The translations under genes were made by a program, and so were the position numbers. Positions 1-12,680 of a stretch of 64,000 nt of DNA are shown here, one piece after another. This stretch comes from Pristiophorus japonicus (Eukaryota), in the NCBI RefSeq assembly GCF_044704955.1, contig NC_091985.1, positions 96,224,001-96,288,000 on the forward strand, given 5' to 3'. Positions within the stretch are counted from its first letter, which is position 1, and each line of letters starts with the position of its first letter. The notes beneath the pieces were generated by a model, which was not told the origin of the DNA, searched no databases, and worked only from the letters and a program-made list of their open reading frames with translations.

Positions 1-149
1 AACTGTGTCTGTCAATTAACACAGCATTACCCACTTTTGTTGGGAGCCTATTCCACATGTCATTATTTAGTGGGATGGAAATCATCTTCAAAACCCTGGT
101 CTTGTTTTACCCTTGTTAATGTTCTACTTGTGTTCTCCAGTTCTGTGCT

Positions 150-1852
150 CACAGTCTTAGGTCAACTAGCCTGTTTACATCCATATTAATTATCTAAGCA
201 TTTTAAAGACACTGGTCATACAACTTGTCAATTTTTTCTCGACGGAAAAAAAATCTTCACTGTCAGTCTCTTTTCATATCTCAGAACCCAAAGTCATTAA
301 CTCATCTCTGTTGTTCTTTTCTGCACCTTATTCAACTAGGTACAATACCAAAACTGCACACTGTATAACAAAGCAACCTCACAAATAATTGCACAAAGTT
401 AGAATAGTATATTTTGACCTATGGTCAAATGCCCTTGTAATTTACTCAGACTATTTGATTAGTCTTTTGATAACTTCACATAGACTGGCTATTTTCAATG
501 AACAATTGATAATTACACAATTTCTGCTTAATTTTCCATCACAGTTAATGGAATTTACCATTTACACATGGCGAGTTATATTGAGTCCAAATCATTAATG
601 TAAATTGTGAACAACAGTTGTCCCAGCACCGATCCCTGTGGATCACCACTTCCTGGGGTAGAAATTCAGGTCTGCCTGAACTGGGTCGCACCTACTGTTC
701 TTGAAGTGTTTTTTCCGTCGCTGTGGATGTGGTGGCCTCCTGTGTGAAATTCAGCTCTTTGGGAAATTTTTTTGGAGCGGGCCAGAAGTCAGTCATAATG
801 GGGACAGAAGTGCAGTGGTGAGCACTCTAGAGGGGCGGAAGTGGAGGCGGGACAGAGTCTCCGCCTCCGTCAGGCATCAGCCTGGCGCTGATGACGTCAT
901 GACGCGTGTGCGTCACCACGTCTCTCCCCTTCACTTAAAGGGGAGAGTCTTCACCATTTTAAAACTTCGGTCCACTGGGCCACCAGGGAGGGTTTCGGCT
1001 GGGACAGCAGCCTGGCATCCAAGAGGGAGTGCTAGGCTGCCTGTTGGTGGCCCGGCCAAACCCGGGGGCATAATCGTCGGCCTGACCTGAGTCGGCCGAC
1101 AAAAAAAACGTGGTGGCCACGGCAGTGCACCCTCCCCTTGAATGAGCACCGCACAGCCATGCCGCACACACTGAAAACACAGTGCACTGACAGAAAAAGC
1201 TGTCGGGGGCACTGTGCGGTGGGATGAAGATTTTTGCAGGTGAATTTCGATGAAGGTGCGGGAGATCGGTGGTGCGCGTTTTGATTACACACCTAGGAGG
1301 GTTTGGCAGCAGCGAGGCAGAAGTGGGGACCATCGGAAAAACTACTGAGGAGAATTTCACGAGTAGTGGCCATTCAACACCGCCGTGTGGCCGTCGCTTT
1401 CCAACAGTAAGAGGCCTTTTCGGGAGGTTGAATTTCGGCCCTCCACCTTTTCCCAGTCCGAGTAACTACCCTTAAACCCTATTCTCTGTTTTCTGTTTTG
1501 TAGCCAGCTTGCTATCCATTCTGCTACCTCTCCCCTGACTCTGATCTTAGCCATGAGTCGAAGGCCTTTTGAAAATCCAAATATGTTGCATTTATTACTT
1601 TGCCTTAGTCTATTCTTTCTGTTACTTCGTCAAGGAATTCAATAAGGTTGGTCAAGCATGACCTTCCCTTTTGAAATCCATGCTGACTACTCTATTATAT
1701 TTTTGGTTTCCAGATGTTTTTCTATTTGATTTCTGAGTAAAGATTCCATTATCTTTCCTACCACCGACACTAAGCTAACTGGTCTATAGTTCCTTGGAAT
1801 TATTATATCTCCCTTTTTAAGTATAGGATTAACGTTAGTTATCCTCCAGTTC
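150..1852 (-). mobile_element. Old degenerate CR1 LINE ORF2 (reverse transcriptase) fragment, split by a MITE at 655-1441
   Basis: Minus-strand translation gives KQRIGFKGSYSDWEKV (right of the MITE) continuing into SGDPQGSVLGQLLFTIYIND (left of it); QHGFQKGRSCLTNL-like text at ~1640-1690. Left boundary is approximate. Confidence 0.85.
655..1441. mobile_element. Non-autonomous PIF/Harbinger-like DNA transposon (MITE)
   Basis: Imperfect TIRs GGGGTAGAAATTC / GAATTTCGGCCC. It interrupts a contiguous CR1 reading frame. Its internal GC-rich sequence is homologous to 52813-54460. Confidence 0.75.
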
Positions 1853-2227
1853 TCATAGAATCATAGAAATTAACAGCAGGGAAGGAGGCCATTTTGGCCC
1901 ATCGTGTCCACACCGGCCAACAAATAGCTATCCAGCCTAATCCCACTTTCCAGCTTTTGGTTTGTAGCCCTGTAGGTTATGGCACGTCAAGTGCACATCC
2001 AAGTACTTTTTAAATCCTTTCAGGCAGTGAGTTCTAGACCTCCATCACCCTCTGGGTGAAGAAATTTCCCCTCAAATCCCCTCTAAACCTTCTACCAATT
2101 ACTTTAAATCTATGCCCTCTGAATATTGACCCCTCTGCTAAAGGAAATAGGTCCGTCCTATCCACTCTATCCATGCCCCTCATAATTTTATATACCTCAA
2201 TAAGGTCTCCCCTCAGCCCCCTCTGTT

Positions 2228-4848
2228 TGATGTTATGTAATGATGTGTGTATCATCCTGGTACCTTAAATATAAAGTAAGCACTATGCCACACCACAGAG
2301 GGCGCTGTGGTGGGAAACCTGGAAGTACCTAGAACAGGCACTATATAAGGCTGACCACCACACCTGAGAGGCACTCTGGAGCTGAACAATAAAGGACAAA
2401 GGTCACAGCAGTTAGACTTACACCAGACCGTGTGGAGTCAGTGATTTGTGTGCTACACACACCACATTGACGACGAGGAAGCGGATGAACTCCACGCAAC
2501 CATGGCTACTCTGGGCTCGCTAAAGGATTTTACCGTGGGCAATGATTGGGAGGCCTTTACGGAAAGGCTTGAGTACTACTTCACAGCAAACGACCTGACA
2601 GAGAACACGGACGCAATGAGAGATAAGCGTAAGGCGATATTGCTCTCCAGTTGTGGAGATGAGGTTTACTGTCTCTTCAGGGATTTGCTGGCACCCGGGA
2701 GCACCAGGGACAAGTCATATGAGGAGCTGACTGAACTCATTCGTGACCAGTTGAAACCGAAGGAGAGCATCCTCACGGCCAGATACAAATTTTACCATCA
2801 CTGCAGACCCGAGGGCCAGGATGTCACCAAATATGCTGCGGACCTCAGGAGACTCGCGGCGCTGTGTGATTTTGGCGCACACCTTGACGAGGCGTTACGG
2901 GACGTTTTCGTCATGGGGATTGGCCACGAGGGTCTCCTTCACAAGCTGTTAGCCACGGAACCCACAGTCACTCTCTGACAAAGGCCATCGCCATCAGCCG
3001 GGCACATATGACCTCGACTTGCAGCACCAAGCAAATAATCCACACAGTCTCGAACCCGGCAGGCACTGTCCACAAGATAGCGCCCACCACGGACAAAACT
3101 GCAGAACGTGGCTCTGCCCGGGACAGAGAGCATGGACCTCAGAGTCCTGGAACTCTGAGTCCGCTGAGGGGGGCCAATCAAGCAGCACCATGCTGGCATT
3201 GTGGAGGAAGCCATGAGGCTCACGGGTGCAGGTTTGCGGAGTACACGTGCAATACCTGCCACGTTAAAGGCCACCATGTGTAAAAGAAATCGGACTCACT
3301 ATGTGGCTGAGGAGATGGGGATGATCTACTGTTCAGCGAGGAGCAGGTAGAAGAAGATGAGGTGTTTGGACAGCACACGTGTACTGACGATTCGCCCCCA
3401 GTGATAAGGGAAGTAAAAATCAACGGAGTCCCTGTGAGTATGGAAGTGGACACGGGCTCGGGTCCGTCGTTGATGAGTCGGAGAACTTTTGATAAACTGT
3501 GGATTAACCCAGCTGCACGACCCAAGCTGGTCCCGGTCACGGCGAAGCTGCGTACCTACACCAGGGAACTAATACCTGTTCTTGGCAGAGCGATGGTGCA
3601 GGTATCCCACGGGGACGAGACGCACGCTTTACCTTTGTGGGTCGTTGCAGGCGATGGGCTGACACTCCTCGGCCGGAGTTGGATGGGGACGGTCCGTGGG
3701 AGCTGGGAAGACTTCACCACTCCACAGGCTGCTGCTCCTCGGGGTGCTGCCATGCCCCGGGTCCCTAGAGAGCAGCGCCGACCGAGCTGGAGCTGCAGCC
3801 TCAATCCACCCACAGGCAAGCCCCAGGCCCGGACCTCAAGCCACAGAGATCCTGCAGCCTCAGCCCCCACAGGCAAGCAGCCCTGCAGAGAGGGGCCTAG
3901 TGGGGGGGGGGCGGGGAGGTGAGCCGGCGGGGTGCGAGGGATCCAAGATGGCCGGCGGATCGGAAGAGCCCCGCCGAGGAAGTTGCCATTGGGCGGGCCC
4001 CGCCAAGGAGCAGTTAGTGTTGGGCGGCGGCAGCAGCTGGAGGTCGGCGGCCACGGTGGCCGCTACGGCGGCAAGTCAGGTGGCAGCAGAGGGGAGCGGA
4101 GGCTGTGGCGGCGGAGGGCATCCGGAGCGGCGAAGAGCAAGATGGCGGCGGCATCGTGTTCAGAGCAGCAGAGCATCAAAGATGGCGGCGCCCAAGGAGA
4201 AGCCTCATGGAATCCTCCTGCATCAAAGATGGCGCCTTAAAAAGGAAATGCATCTGGGAGTCTTAAAAGAGCCTTACCAAGAGGTGGTCCCCACAAAGGA
4301 CTTCTGTAAGGCAGAGCAAGTCTAAAATGAGCTATGTTAATGTGAGATGGCAAATTTATGATAAGAATTAATTTTTTAATGCTGAATGGCCACTGTATTT
4401 GTGTAAAATAATGGATATGAAGTACAATTAATGATAAGGGCGAACAAGGAAATCAGGGATCCGTTACCAGTCAATAACTAGTTAATGTACCAGATAATAT
4501 GTACCATACTAACGCACTGTCTATGCCTACCTGCCTTCCGTTGGGACAAGTGTGATGTTATATATTGATGCATGTATCGTCGTCCTGCGTCCTGGTGGGG
4601 GGGGGAAGGTGATGTTATGTAATGATGTGTGTATCTTCATGATACCTTAAATGTAATGTAAGCACGATGCCACACCACAGAGGGCGCTGTGGTGGGAAAC
4701 CTGGAAGTACCTAGAACAGGCACTATATAAGGCTGACCACCACACCTGAGAGGCACTCTGGAGCTGAACAATAAAGGACGAAGGTCACAGCAGTTAGATT
4801 TACACCAGAGCGTGTGGAGTCAGTGATTTGTGTGCTAGATACACCACA
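2228..4848 (+). mobile_element. Non-autonomous Gypsy-type LTR element carrying only gag and protease
   Basis: 236-bp LTRs 2231-2466 and 4613-4848 (TG...CA, TATA box and AATAAA, about 11 mismatches by eye); PBS-like TTGACGACGAG at 2467; G-rich PPT before 4613; no RT, RNase H or integrase motifs. Confidence 0.92.
2502..3730 (+). pseudogene. gag: Gag (capsid-like region, two Zn knuckles) plus aspartic protease, frameshifted
   Basis: DWEAFTERLEYYF...AILLSSCG...RDVFVMGI; CWHCGGSH and CNTCHVKGH knuckles; protease MEVDTGS...LLGRSW. Homologous to the gag/pro at 59481-60800. Confidence 0.88.
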
Positions 4849-5373
4849 CCTAATCCCACTTTCCAGTTTTTGGTTCGTAGCCCTGTAGGTTATGGCACGT
4901 CAAGTGCACATCCAAGTACTTTTTAAATCCTTTCAGGCAGTGAGTTCTAGACCTCCACCACCCTCTGGGTGAAGAAATTTCCCCTCAAATCCCCTCTAAA
5001 CCTTCTATCAATTACTTTGAATCTATGCCCTCTGAGTATTGACCCCTCTGCTAAGGGAAATAGGTCCGTCCTATCCACTCTATCAAGGCCCCTCATAATT
5101 TTATATACCTCAATAAGGTCTCCCCTCAGCCCCCTCTGTTCCAAAGAAAACAAACCCAGCCTATCCAATAATTCCTCATTGCTAAAATTCTCCAGTCCAG
5201 GCACCAACCTCGTAAATCTCCTCTCTAGTGCAATCACATCTTTCCTGTAATGTGGTCACCAGAACTGCACGCAGTACTCTAGCCGTGGCCTAACAAGTGT
5301 TTTATACAGTTCAAGCATAGCCTCGCTGCTTTTGTATTCTATGCTTCGGCTAATAAAGGCAAGTATTCTGCAT

Positions 5374-6160
5374 TGTAAGACTTATCTTTTATAAGAACAA
5401 GTTTTTATCCTGTAAAATTTTGTCTTGTTCTTTTCACTAAACAGAGTCAAGATTATTTACGACTTGACTCTCCACTTTCAGAGTTCAAACTTGTTAGACA
5501 AAACAAGACACAGGATGTTTCTTTTTCTCACCCTTATCCAGGGGTTATCTTTACTTAAAATAGTCAAAGGAAATACAAGCAATTTACGATAGCATCAAAT
5601 GCACAATCATTTCTTAATTATTAGCTCGCACTAACCGATCCCGTTAAATCCCTTCTAATGGTTAAAATCACCTATACCATAATTGATTAAAAGAAACAAA
5701 GACACTCACACCAGACCATGGTCAGTGATTGTAAGAATTAACCCCCTGATTCTCTTGGCCACTAACCAGGTTGCCAGTACTCTTGACTGTCGCACCTATC
5801 TCACATGTTACAGCTATTTTATATCCTTTTTCTGGGATGTTTGCCCATCATGTGCATAATTAAAACAAAAGGAATATTCTTAAACAAATTCTTCCCATGA
5901 ATAGAGGTCTTGTCATTTCTTATCACCATAGTTGCAGATTTCTTCACAGTTCGTAGACAATTCAAGGACGTCTCTTACAACCTGTGAAAATGTCTCTACG
6001 CAGCTGTGAGCTGTTAAAACTCATGAGAAAGTCTTTTGACTTCGCACAGTATTGTGGGTCATTAAAAAATGGTCAAGTCGTGTTTTCAGCCACCTTGGAG
6101 CAGTTTGCAAGCACAGTTTTTAGCAGAAAAATGAGACAAAAAAAATGCTGTAGTCTTACA
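5374..6160 (-). mobile_element. Solo LTR (787 bp, probably ERV-like)
   Basis: Ends TGTAAGACT...AGTCTTACA; 4-bp TSD GCAT/GTAT; it interrupts CR1 sequence; minus-strand TATAAAA at ~5817-5823 is the only basis for orientation. Confidence 0.78.
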
Positions 6161-7353
6161 GTATGCCTTCTTAACCACCTTTTCTACCTGACCTGCTACC
6201 TTCAGGGTTCTGTGAACATGCACTCCAAGGTCTCTTTATTCTTCTACACTTTTCAGCGTCCTACCATTTAATGTGTATTCTTCGGCACTATTCCTCTTTC
6301 TAATGAAATGTTATATGTAATAATACCTCTGCTATCTCTGACCTAACTTCTTTTAATATGCAAGGATGTAATTCATCCAGAACAACGGTTTTATCCTATT
6401 TTGTTGCATTTTAATCCATTCAATTAAATTGGTCCAGCTACCTTTGAATGCTATCAAGCCATCAGGGTGACATTGTTTATGAATTAGTATAAAGAGCAGA
6501 GAACTCCAAATAGATAATGGAGTTTGTAACATCTTTGGGGGTTCTAATTGTCTTAACTAAAACAATACTGCACTGGTAGAACATTTATGCATGGCCTTAT
6601 TAGGTCTAACAACTATTTTGTATGACAATGAATGTTGTCCAAGACTTGGAATATAAAAATCAATTGGACCTGGAATTGTAGCAAGGAATCTGATTTGCTC
6701 CAAGTTGTTGTAAATCTGTTGAACTGTGGAATTCTTCAGGAATAATGAGAAATATCAAACTCTACAGGAGCTGTGAAAACAAGGCGCCTGCATTTTTCTA
6801 TTATACCTGACAATAGCTTTTACCATCATGAAAAGTAACTTAAATGACCAGACCAAATGAGCTGCATGAGCCTGGTGTACAATATCCAATGCTGTGGGAA
6901 CTGATCTGGAACAGTAATACACAGCCACTTGGCAGCAGTAACAGTCATAAACCTAACTGAAGGCCACATTATTAACTTAAAAGGGAAATAAACCACAATA
7001 CCTCAGTGATCCCTTCAATATCATTACTCGATTTTCTTTCTACATAATTATTGTGACTTTTTATTTCTATTCATTAATCCTCGTGCCACAGCATTCAATC
7101 CTCCTTTATTTAGGCCACAAATTTTTCATATTGAGAATTATGGGTAAATTATGTCATTGTGGGCTTACAGGTTCTGGCAACAATTTTATTTCAAATGAGA
7201 ATGGTACAATGAAGTATGCCATACTGAGATAATAGGCGATATTTTCTTCAATCTGCTCCAGGAGAGTTGAATTGGGAATTTAACCCACCACCCTAACCTC
7301 ACCATGACCTCTGCCAAGTTTCTTCCTTTGACCTCATTAAATGTGCAGGCCAG

Positions 7354-8462
7354 GCTCTCAACATGATCTCTAATAGGGATATAGAATAGGGATAAAGGGA
7401 ATGTACACTGATTGGTGGGATGTAGCAAGTGGTGCTTCCCAGGGATCTATACTGGGGTCTCAGCTTTTCACCATATAAATCAATGACTTGGATGAAAGGA
7501 TAGAGAGCTGTATATCCAAGTTGCAAATGACACTAAATTAGGAGGCACAGAAAGTTGTATAAATGGGAGAAGAAAGTTACAAAGGAAAATAGACAAATTA
7601 AGTGAATGGGCAAAACTGAGGCATATGGAGTTCAATGTTGTGAAGTGTGGGATTAGGCTGGATAGCTCTTTGTCGGAGGCATGGACACGATGGGCCGAAT
7701 GGCCTCCTTCTGTGCTGTAAATTTCTATGATTCTAAGTGTGAGGCCATCCACTTTTGATCCAATAAAGACAAATCAGAATATTTTCTTAATAGCGACAGA
7801 CTAGAAACTGTGAAGGAGCAAAGGGATTTGGGTGTCCACATACATAAACCACTAAAAGCTAGTGCACTGGTACAAAAAGTAATCAAAAAGGCAAAGAAAT
7901 GTTCACTTTTATCTCCAGGGGGGCTGGATTACAAAGAGGATCCTTCAGTTGCATAGACCCTTGATCAGACCCCATCTTGTGTTCCGTTTTAGGCATCACA
8001 CTTGATTCACTAGATTTATAGCAGGGTTTAAAGGGTTAAATCATTACGACAGGTTGCATAAACTTGGCTTGCATTCCCTTGAGTTTAGAAGTTTGAGGGG
8101 TGATCTAACTGAGGCGTTTAAAATGATAAAAATATTAAAGAGAGTAGATTTAAAGAAGCTAATTCCTCTGGTGGAGGAAATCCAGAACAAGGGGGCACAA
8201 TTTTAAAATTACAGCTAGACCATTCAGGAGTGAAATCAGGAAGCACTTTCTCACACAAAGGGCAGTGGGAATATGGAATTTGCTCCCCCAAAAGGCTGTG
8301 GATGTTGGATCAATTGAAACTTACAAGACTGAGATCAATAGATTTTTATTGGTAAGATTATCAAGGAGTGTGGAACAAAGGCATGTAAATGGAGCTGAGG
8401 TGCAGGTCAGCCATGATCTAACTGAACATGATTGAGGGAACGGCCTACTCTTGTTCCTATGA
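7354..8462 (+). mobile_element. Degenerate CR1 3' fragment
   Basis: PQGSILG, YINDLD and DTKLGG remnants, and a GGCCTACTCTTGTTCCTATG-type 3' end. Confidence 0.85.
7650..7734 (+). mobile_element. 85-bp CR1 3'-tail insertion
   Basis: TSD AAGTGTG (7643-7649 / 7735-7741); ends TTCTATGATTCT; same tail family as 1853-1935. Confidence 0.8.
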
Positions 8463-10339
8463 TTGAGGCGGTAGAACTCATGGCCCGATTTCCCCATGTT
8501 TTCTGCTTCTATCCTATCCGACTTGGGGTGAGATTACGGAGAAAAATGGAGGCCAATATGTAAGAAATTTACAGAAAAAAGTATATCCCAACAAGCTCAA
8601 TTATCCAAATTTAGATAAATCAATGAACACAAAATGATTTTGACAGATAAATAAGAAAAAGCTAATAAAAGATCACAATAATTAAAATATACAGAAAAAT
8701 GAATAATGAAAGTAATGATTTCACCACAGTGGATTAGTCAGTTGTAAGAGCTAAGCTTGTGTTATTTAATATTGCTGATGAAGTATACTCTGCTCAGAGA
8801 ACACAACTCCACTTTACACACCTGCACCTGATGACTTGCTGCAGTCTCTTTATGATGCATCACAGAGATTTCAACTTACAACAGTGATTTTCTGTATTTT
8901 TCTCGTAAACCACTTTGCCCACATTCTAATATTATACAATTGCGCTAAAGATTTTTAAATGCTTTGAAGCCTCATTTCTAAAATGAGGCCTGTGGAACAG
9001 ACTCCCGTAATTCAGTTAACATGGGTAAAGATGAGAAGTATTTTACATCAACTTAGTCACACAATGGCCCGGATTACATGGGGCCTAACACGGTGTACGC
9101 CATCGTTAGTGCCCCGCAAGTTCTGGGTTTCCGCATGCGATGCGCATACATAAAAACTTAGAATTTGCGATCTATCAAGTTTCTTCTTGACAGATCGTAT
9201 GCATCTGCTGTAAATTCACTATCGCTGGCGCAGAGTTGGGTCATTTGATCAACTACTGTCCAGCGAATACCCCGGAACCCTTATGACCGGTGAAAGCAGG
9301 CATAGGGTCTTCTTGTACCAGCGTAAGGGTTTAAATAAATGTTAAAATACATTTTTTGTAAATGATTTAAGAATTCACTTACATTTAAAATTAGTTTATG
9401 TCAATTTTGTCCTGGTTCAAAATGTTTAAATTTATTTTAAATGTTTAACTAAATAGTATTTTAATTAATTTTGAACCCGTGATCATTTATTTTTATTTCA
9501 GTGTTGTGGAATGGTATTTATTTGTTGATTTCTATGATGCTTACGGGGAGTCTGTACATAACTGGAATCCCCATAGGCATCATAGGAATCGCCCTTTGTC
9601 ATTGGTTGGGCAGGCCCACGTGATCCCAGGGCCCAGGGACCCTTGTGAACCACATGTGCTCCTGGGATGAGTGAGCCTTTATGCAGGACCAGAACAGTCT
9701 GAAGCACCAGAGACAGCAGGTAAGTATGTACTTTTCTTGTGGTTCGGATGGGAACGCAGGCAGCAAGCCTCTGAGCAAGCAAATCAAACTGCTAAACAAA
9801 CTACACAGCTTCTTTTCCAAAAAATAAAGAACAGATTTTTTTTTTGTGTTTAATTTATTTTGTGTTTAATGGTAATAGGATCCAAAAATGCACATTTCAA
9901 AAATAATTGAAATGTTGTTAATTGCACAGATAAAACATAAGCCCCAGACCGAAGATCCAATTTTTTTGTCTACTTGGATCTATTTATGATTTACAAAATC
10001 AATAAAAAATAAAAAATATCAAAGATTAAACACATTAACAATAAAAACCTATATGCATTTGAGTGTGTTTCCGTGGGCAGAATAGACGTTGCACTCGGAG
10101 CGTGCCCGATCACATGGGCAGAAAGATTCCAGATTTGTGGATCTGATGAATTCAATAAAATAGGCAGACTGCCAGCATTACTCGTACTATTAATTGTCAG
10201 CACACCTAATTTGGGGGGGGGGGCGGGGGGAGGGGGCGTGTATATTTTTCACATTCCTGACATGATTTAAAGGCAGCCTGCACCTCTTAAAGGGGTGGTG
10301 CACTTTGGCTGTCAGCATCTATCACAGAGGAATGCGGAA

Positions 10340-11750
10340 AATGGCAGGCACAGGTACCCAGGTTTTCGAACACTGCTTTAGAGGTTTTGGTGGAGGAGGT
10401 CGACAGAAGGAGGGGCATCTTCTGTCCACCAGGCGTCAGGAAGATTTCTAATCAAGCTGCCTGACACAGGTGGCAGAGCACATTAGTATCACCCCAGGAC
10501 ATGGTTCCAATGTAGGAAGAAGTTCAATGGCCAAACTCATATCTATCATTACTCTATGGTTTAGCCTTGCACTACCTGTTGCCCTTTTCCTCCCTCGATT
10601 ACCAGCATTATCCTACAATCACTTCAATGCATTTTACTCCGCCACCTGTAGCTCCTACTGCAGCACTTCGCACCCGCTACTCTCCTCACCGTTACTTCAT
10701 TCACCTCCTCACACCTCTGCCATCTTGACCATACCAGCAACCCTATTCTATGCTGGCAAAAACATCTTCTAAACTTCTCACTGCTCTAACACCGATATGT
10801 TTTCTTCTTTCTTGTAAGGCAAGGCGGTACATAATAACAGGCAGCAAGGCCACGCTTCATCCATGTACTATTCCCATTTGAAGAACAGGTTATGGACATC
10901 ATGGACAGTGGGTGTCAGGAGCATGGCATCTGGTGAGACTGGAGGACAAGTCCTGCAGGGTTTTTCTTCTCTTCTCACTTAAATCTCACCCTTACACATG
11001 ATGCATGACAGATTCCAGCTGCTTTCAGAAGCCACTCATTTGTCTCTGCTTGCCCATGCCACTAATTCTAATTCTTCTCCTTTTTTACATTTCAGGTCCA
11101 GAGGATGCACACAGTCCTCAGGGAGAAGAGGAAGAAGAGGGCAGCACAGCAAAACATGTGTCGCTCAACCTTATGCATGCACACACCAGCTCAGAGGCTG
11201 GCATTGTACGTAGTTGAGAGGGTAGGCTCACCCAACACGAGTGTGCAGGAGCAAGGGCAGTGGGATAGGATGGCCCAGGAAGCCACATGCCAGAGGGAGA
11301 GCTTGCATGTTAGCCCTGCTGCACAGCCCTGGGGACATCAGAGGCCCACCATACACAAGACTGATGGCACTCCATATGGATGTTTTAAATGCGCTGGGCT
11401 TCCTGCCAGAGAGCTGATGCACAATGTCGGAGTGCACGGAGGAGTCCAGCTCCAACTTGTGCTGTCTTCGTGCACGGCATCGAGACCATGCAGTCAACTA
11501 TAGAGTGACTGGTCAGCTCTATGAGCACAGCAGGAAGACCCACAGACATGGAGCCTCTGGTGATAACTCTTTGGTGGAAGCTCAGGGAGTTGCCATCTTA
11601 GCTCTGGAATCCAAAAACTCCTCTGGATAGGGGCTTTGAGAGCCGCCTAGCTTACCTGCACTCTGTTCTCATGCAGAGCAGAGGAAGTGCTGAGGCTCAG
11701 CACCTTGAGAAGAGTGGCATTGGCTCCATGGAGGAGGTAGCTGCTTGTCC
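10340..11750 (+). pseudogene. Harbinger Myb/SANT-like DNA-binding protein remnant with introns
   Basis: PRFSNTALEVLVEEVDRRRGIF and QCRKKFN motifs; acceptor-like TTCTTGTAAG (~10818) and ATTTCAG (~11095). Confidence 0.75.
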
Positions 11751-11843
11751 TCTCTTCATATGATAGCACACCTTATCCCCCCCTCAGCCTCTCAATCAGT
11801 GCTTCTGCTTGTGCCAGACAGACTGTTGCACCAGCATAGAACA

Positions 11844-12680
11844 TTATGTAAACCATAAGATTTTGAGCTTAGCATCTGTGCTTGGGTAACTGAGAGGAGT
11901 CATGAGCCAGTTGGTGAGAGGATATCCCTTGTTGCCCGATGGTCTGGCAGAAACAGAGAGGGTACTAAGGACTGATGCAGTATGAAAGCATTGTGACGAC
12001 TGCCAGGAAATTGGGCACAGATCTTCATGACTCACTGCATTTGGTCACAAATAAGTTTCACATTAAGTGAATGGAAGCCTTTCCTGTTCTGAAACAGAGC
12101 TGCTTTATGATTGGGATCACACTGGGCTACATGTGTGCAGTTGATGATGCCCTGATCCTGCAGGAATCCAGCAATGGGAAAATCCCAGTGCTCTTTCTTG
12201 TCATCCTCCATGGGAAAGGTAATGAACTGTTGACGCCTCACAAGCAGTGCGTCAGTGACTTGCTGGATGGCTGTGTGCGCAGAAAACTAACTGATGTTGC
12301 TGATGTCACCAGAAGCAGTTCGGGAGGAGTCAGAGGCATACACGTTTAGAGCCATGGTGACCTTCACTGCCACATGCAGTGCAGTGCATGCCTTGGTGTT
12401 GAGCTCCAATTCTCGCTGCAACATGTGGCACAGATACGTGACTGACTCGCCATTGAAACACAGCCACCTTCAACATTGCTCCTCTTGAGGTCCAGGTATG
12501 ATGATCGGTTCCTAAAGATCTACATGATTTAATGCTTCCTGCACCCTTGCCTTCATCACCCTCTTCTTGCAGCCTGTGCAGGTCTGCTGCCTTCTGAGCT
12601 CCGAGCTGCAGCTTCTCCTCCTGATTTGGGAGCATCATCATCATCATCATCATCAAGGGTAAGCCCTGCAGCATGCCCAA
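11844..12680 (-). pseudogene. Harbinger (HARBI1-like) DDE nuclease remnant
   Basis: QGIINCTHV, NRKGFHSLNVKLICD and GNKGYPLTNWLMTPL motifs in ORFs 12032-12241 and 11844-12035. Confidence 0.88.

Larger units (their letters stand above)
1936..5140 (+). repeat. 292-bp direct duplication (1936-2227 and 4849-5140) flanking the LTR element
   Basis: Base-by-base comparison by eye shows about 9 mismatches in 292 bp and no indels. Confidence 0.93.
1853..6420 (-). mobile_element. CR1 3' fragment (tail at 1853) interrupted by an LTR element and a solo LTR
   Basis: CATAGAATCATAGAA tail; ORFs 2034-2255 and 4947-5237 encode RGDLIEVYKIM...RGH...FFTQRV, the CR1 ORF2 C-terminus; sequence resumes at 6161 after the solo LTR. 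Confidence 0.85.

Noticed and set aside
701-1475. Overlapping ORFs of 68-133 aa
   Set aside because: Stop-poor GC-rich MITE interior with no protein motifs.
12633-12655. Poly-Met or poly-Asp ORFs from (CAT)n
   Set aside because: A short microsatellite within the decayed Harbinger.
11844-12680. Host HARBI1 gene
   Set aside because: Frameshifted, multi-copy in this window and paired with a Myb-like gene, so transposon-borne rather than domesticated.
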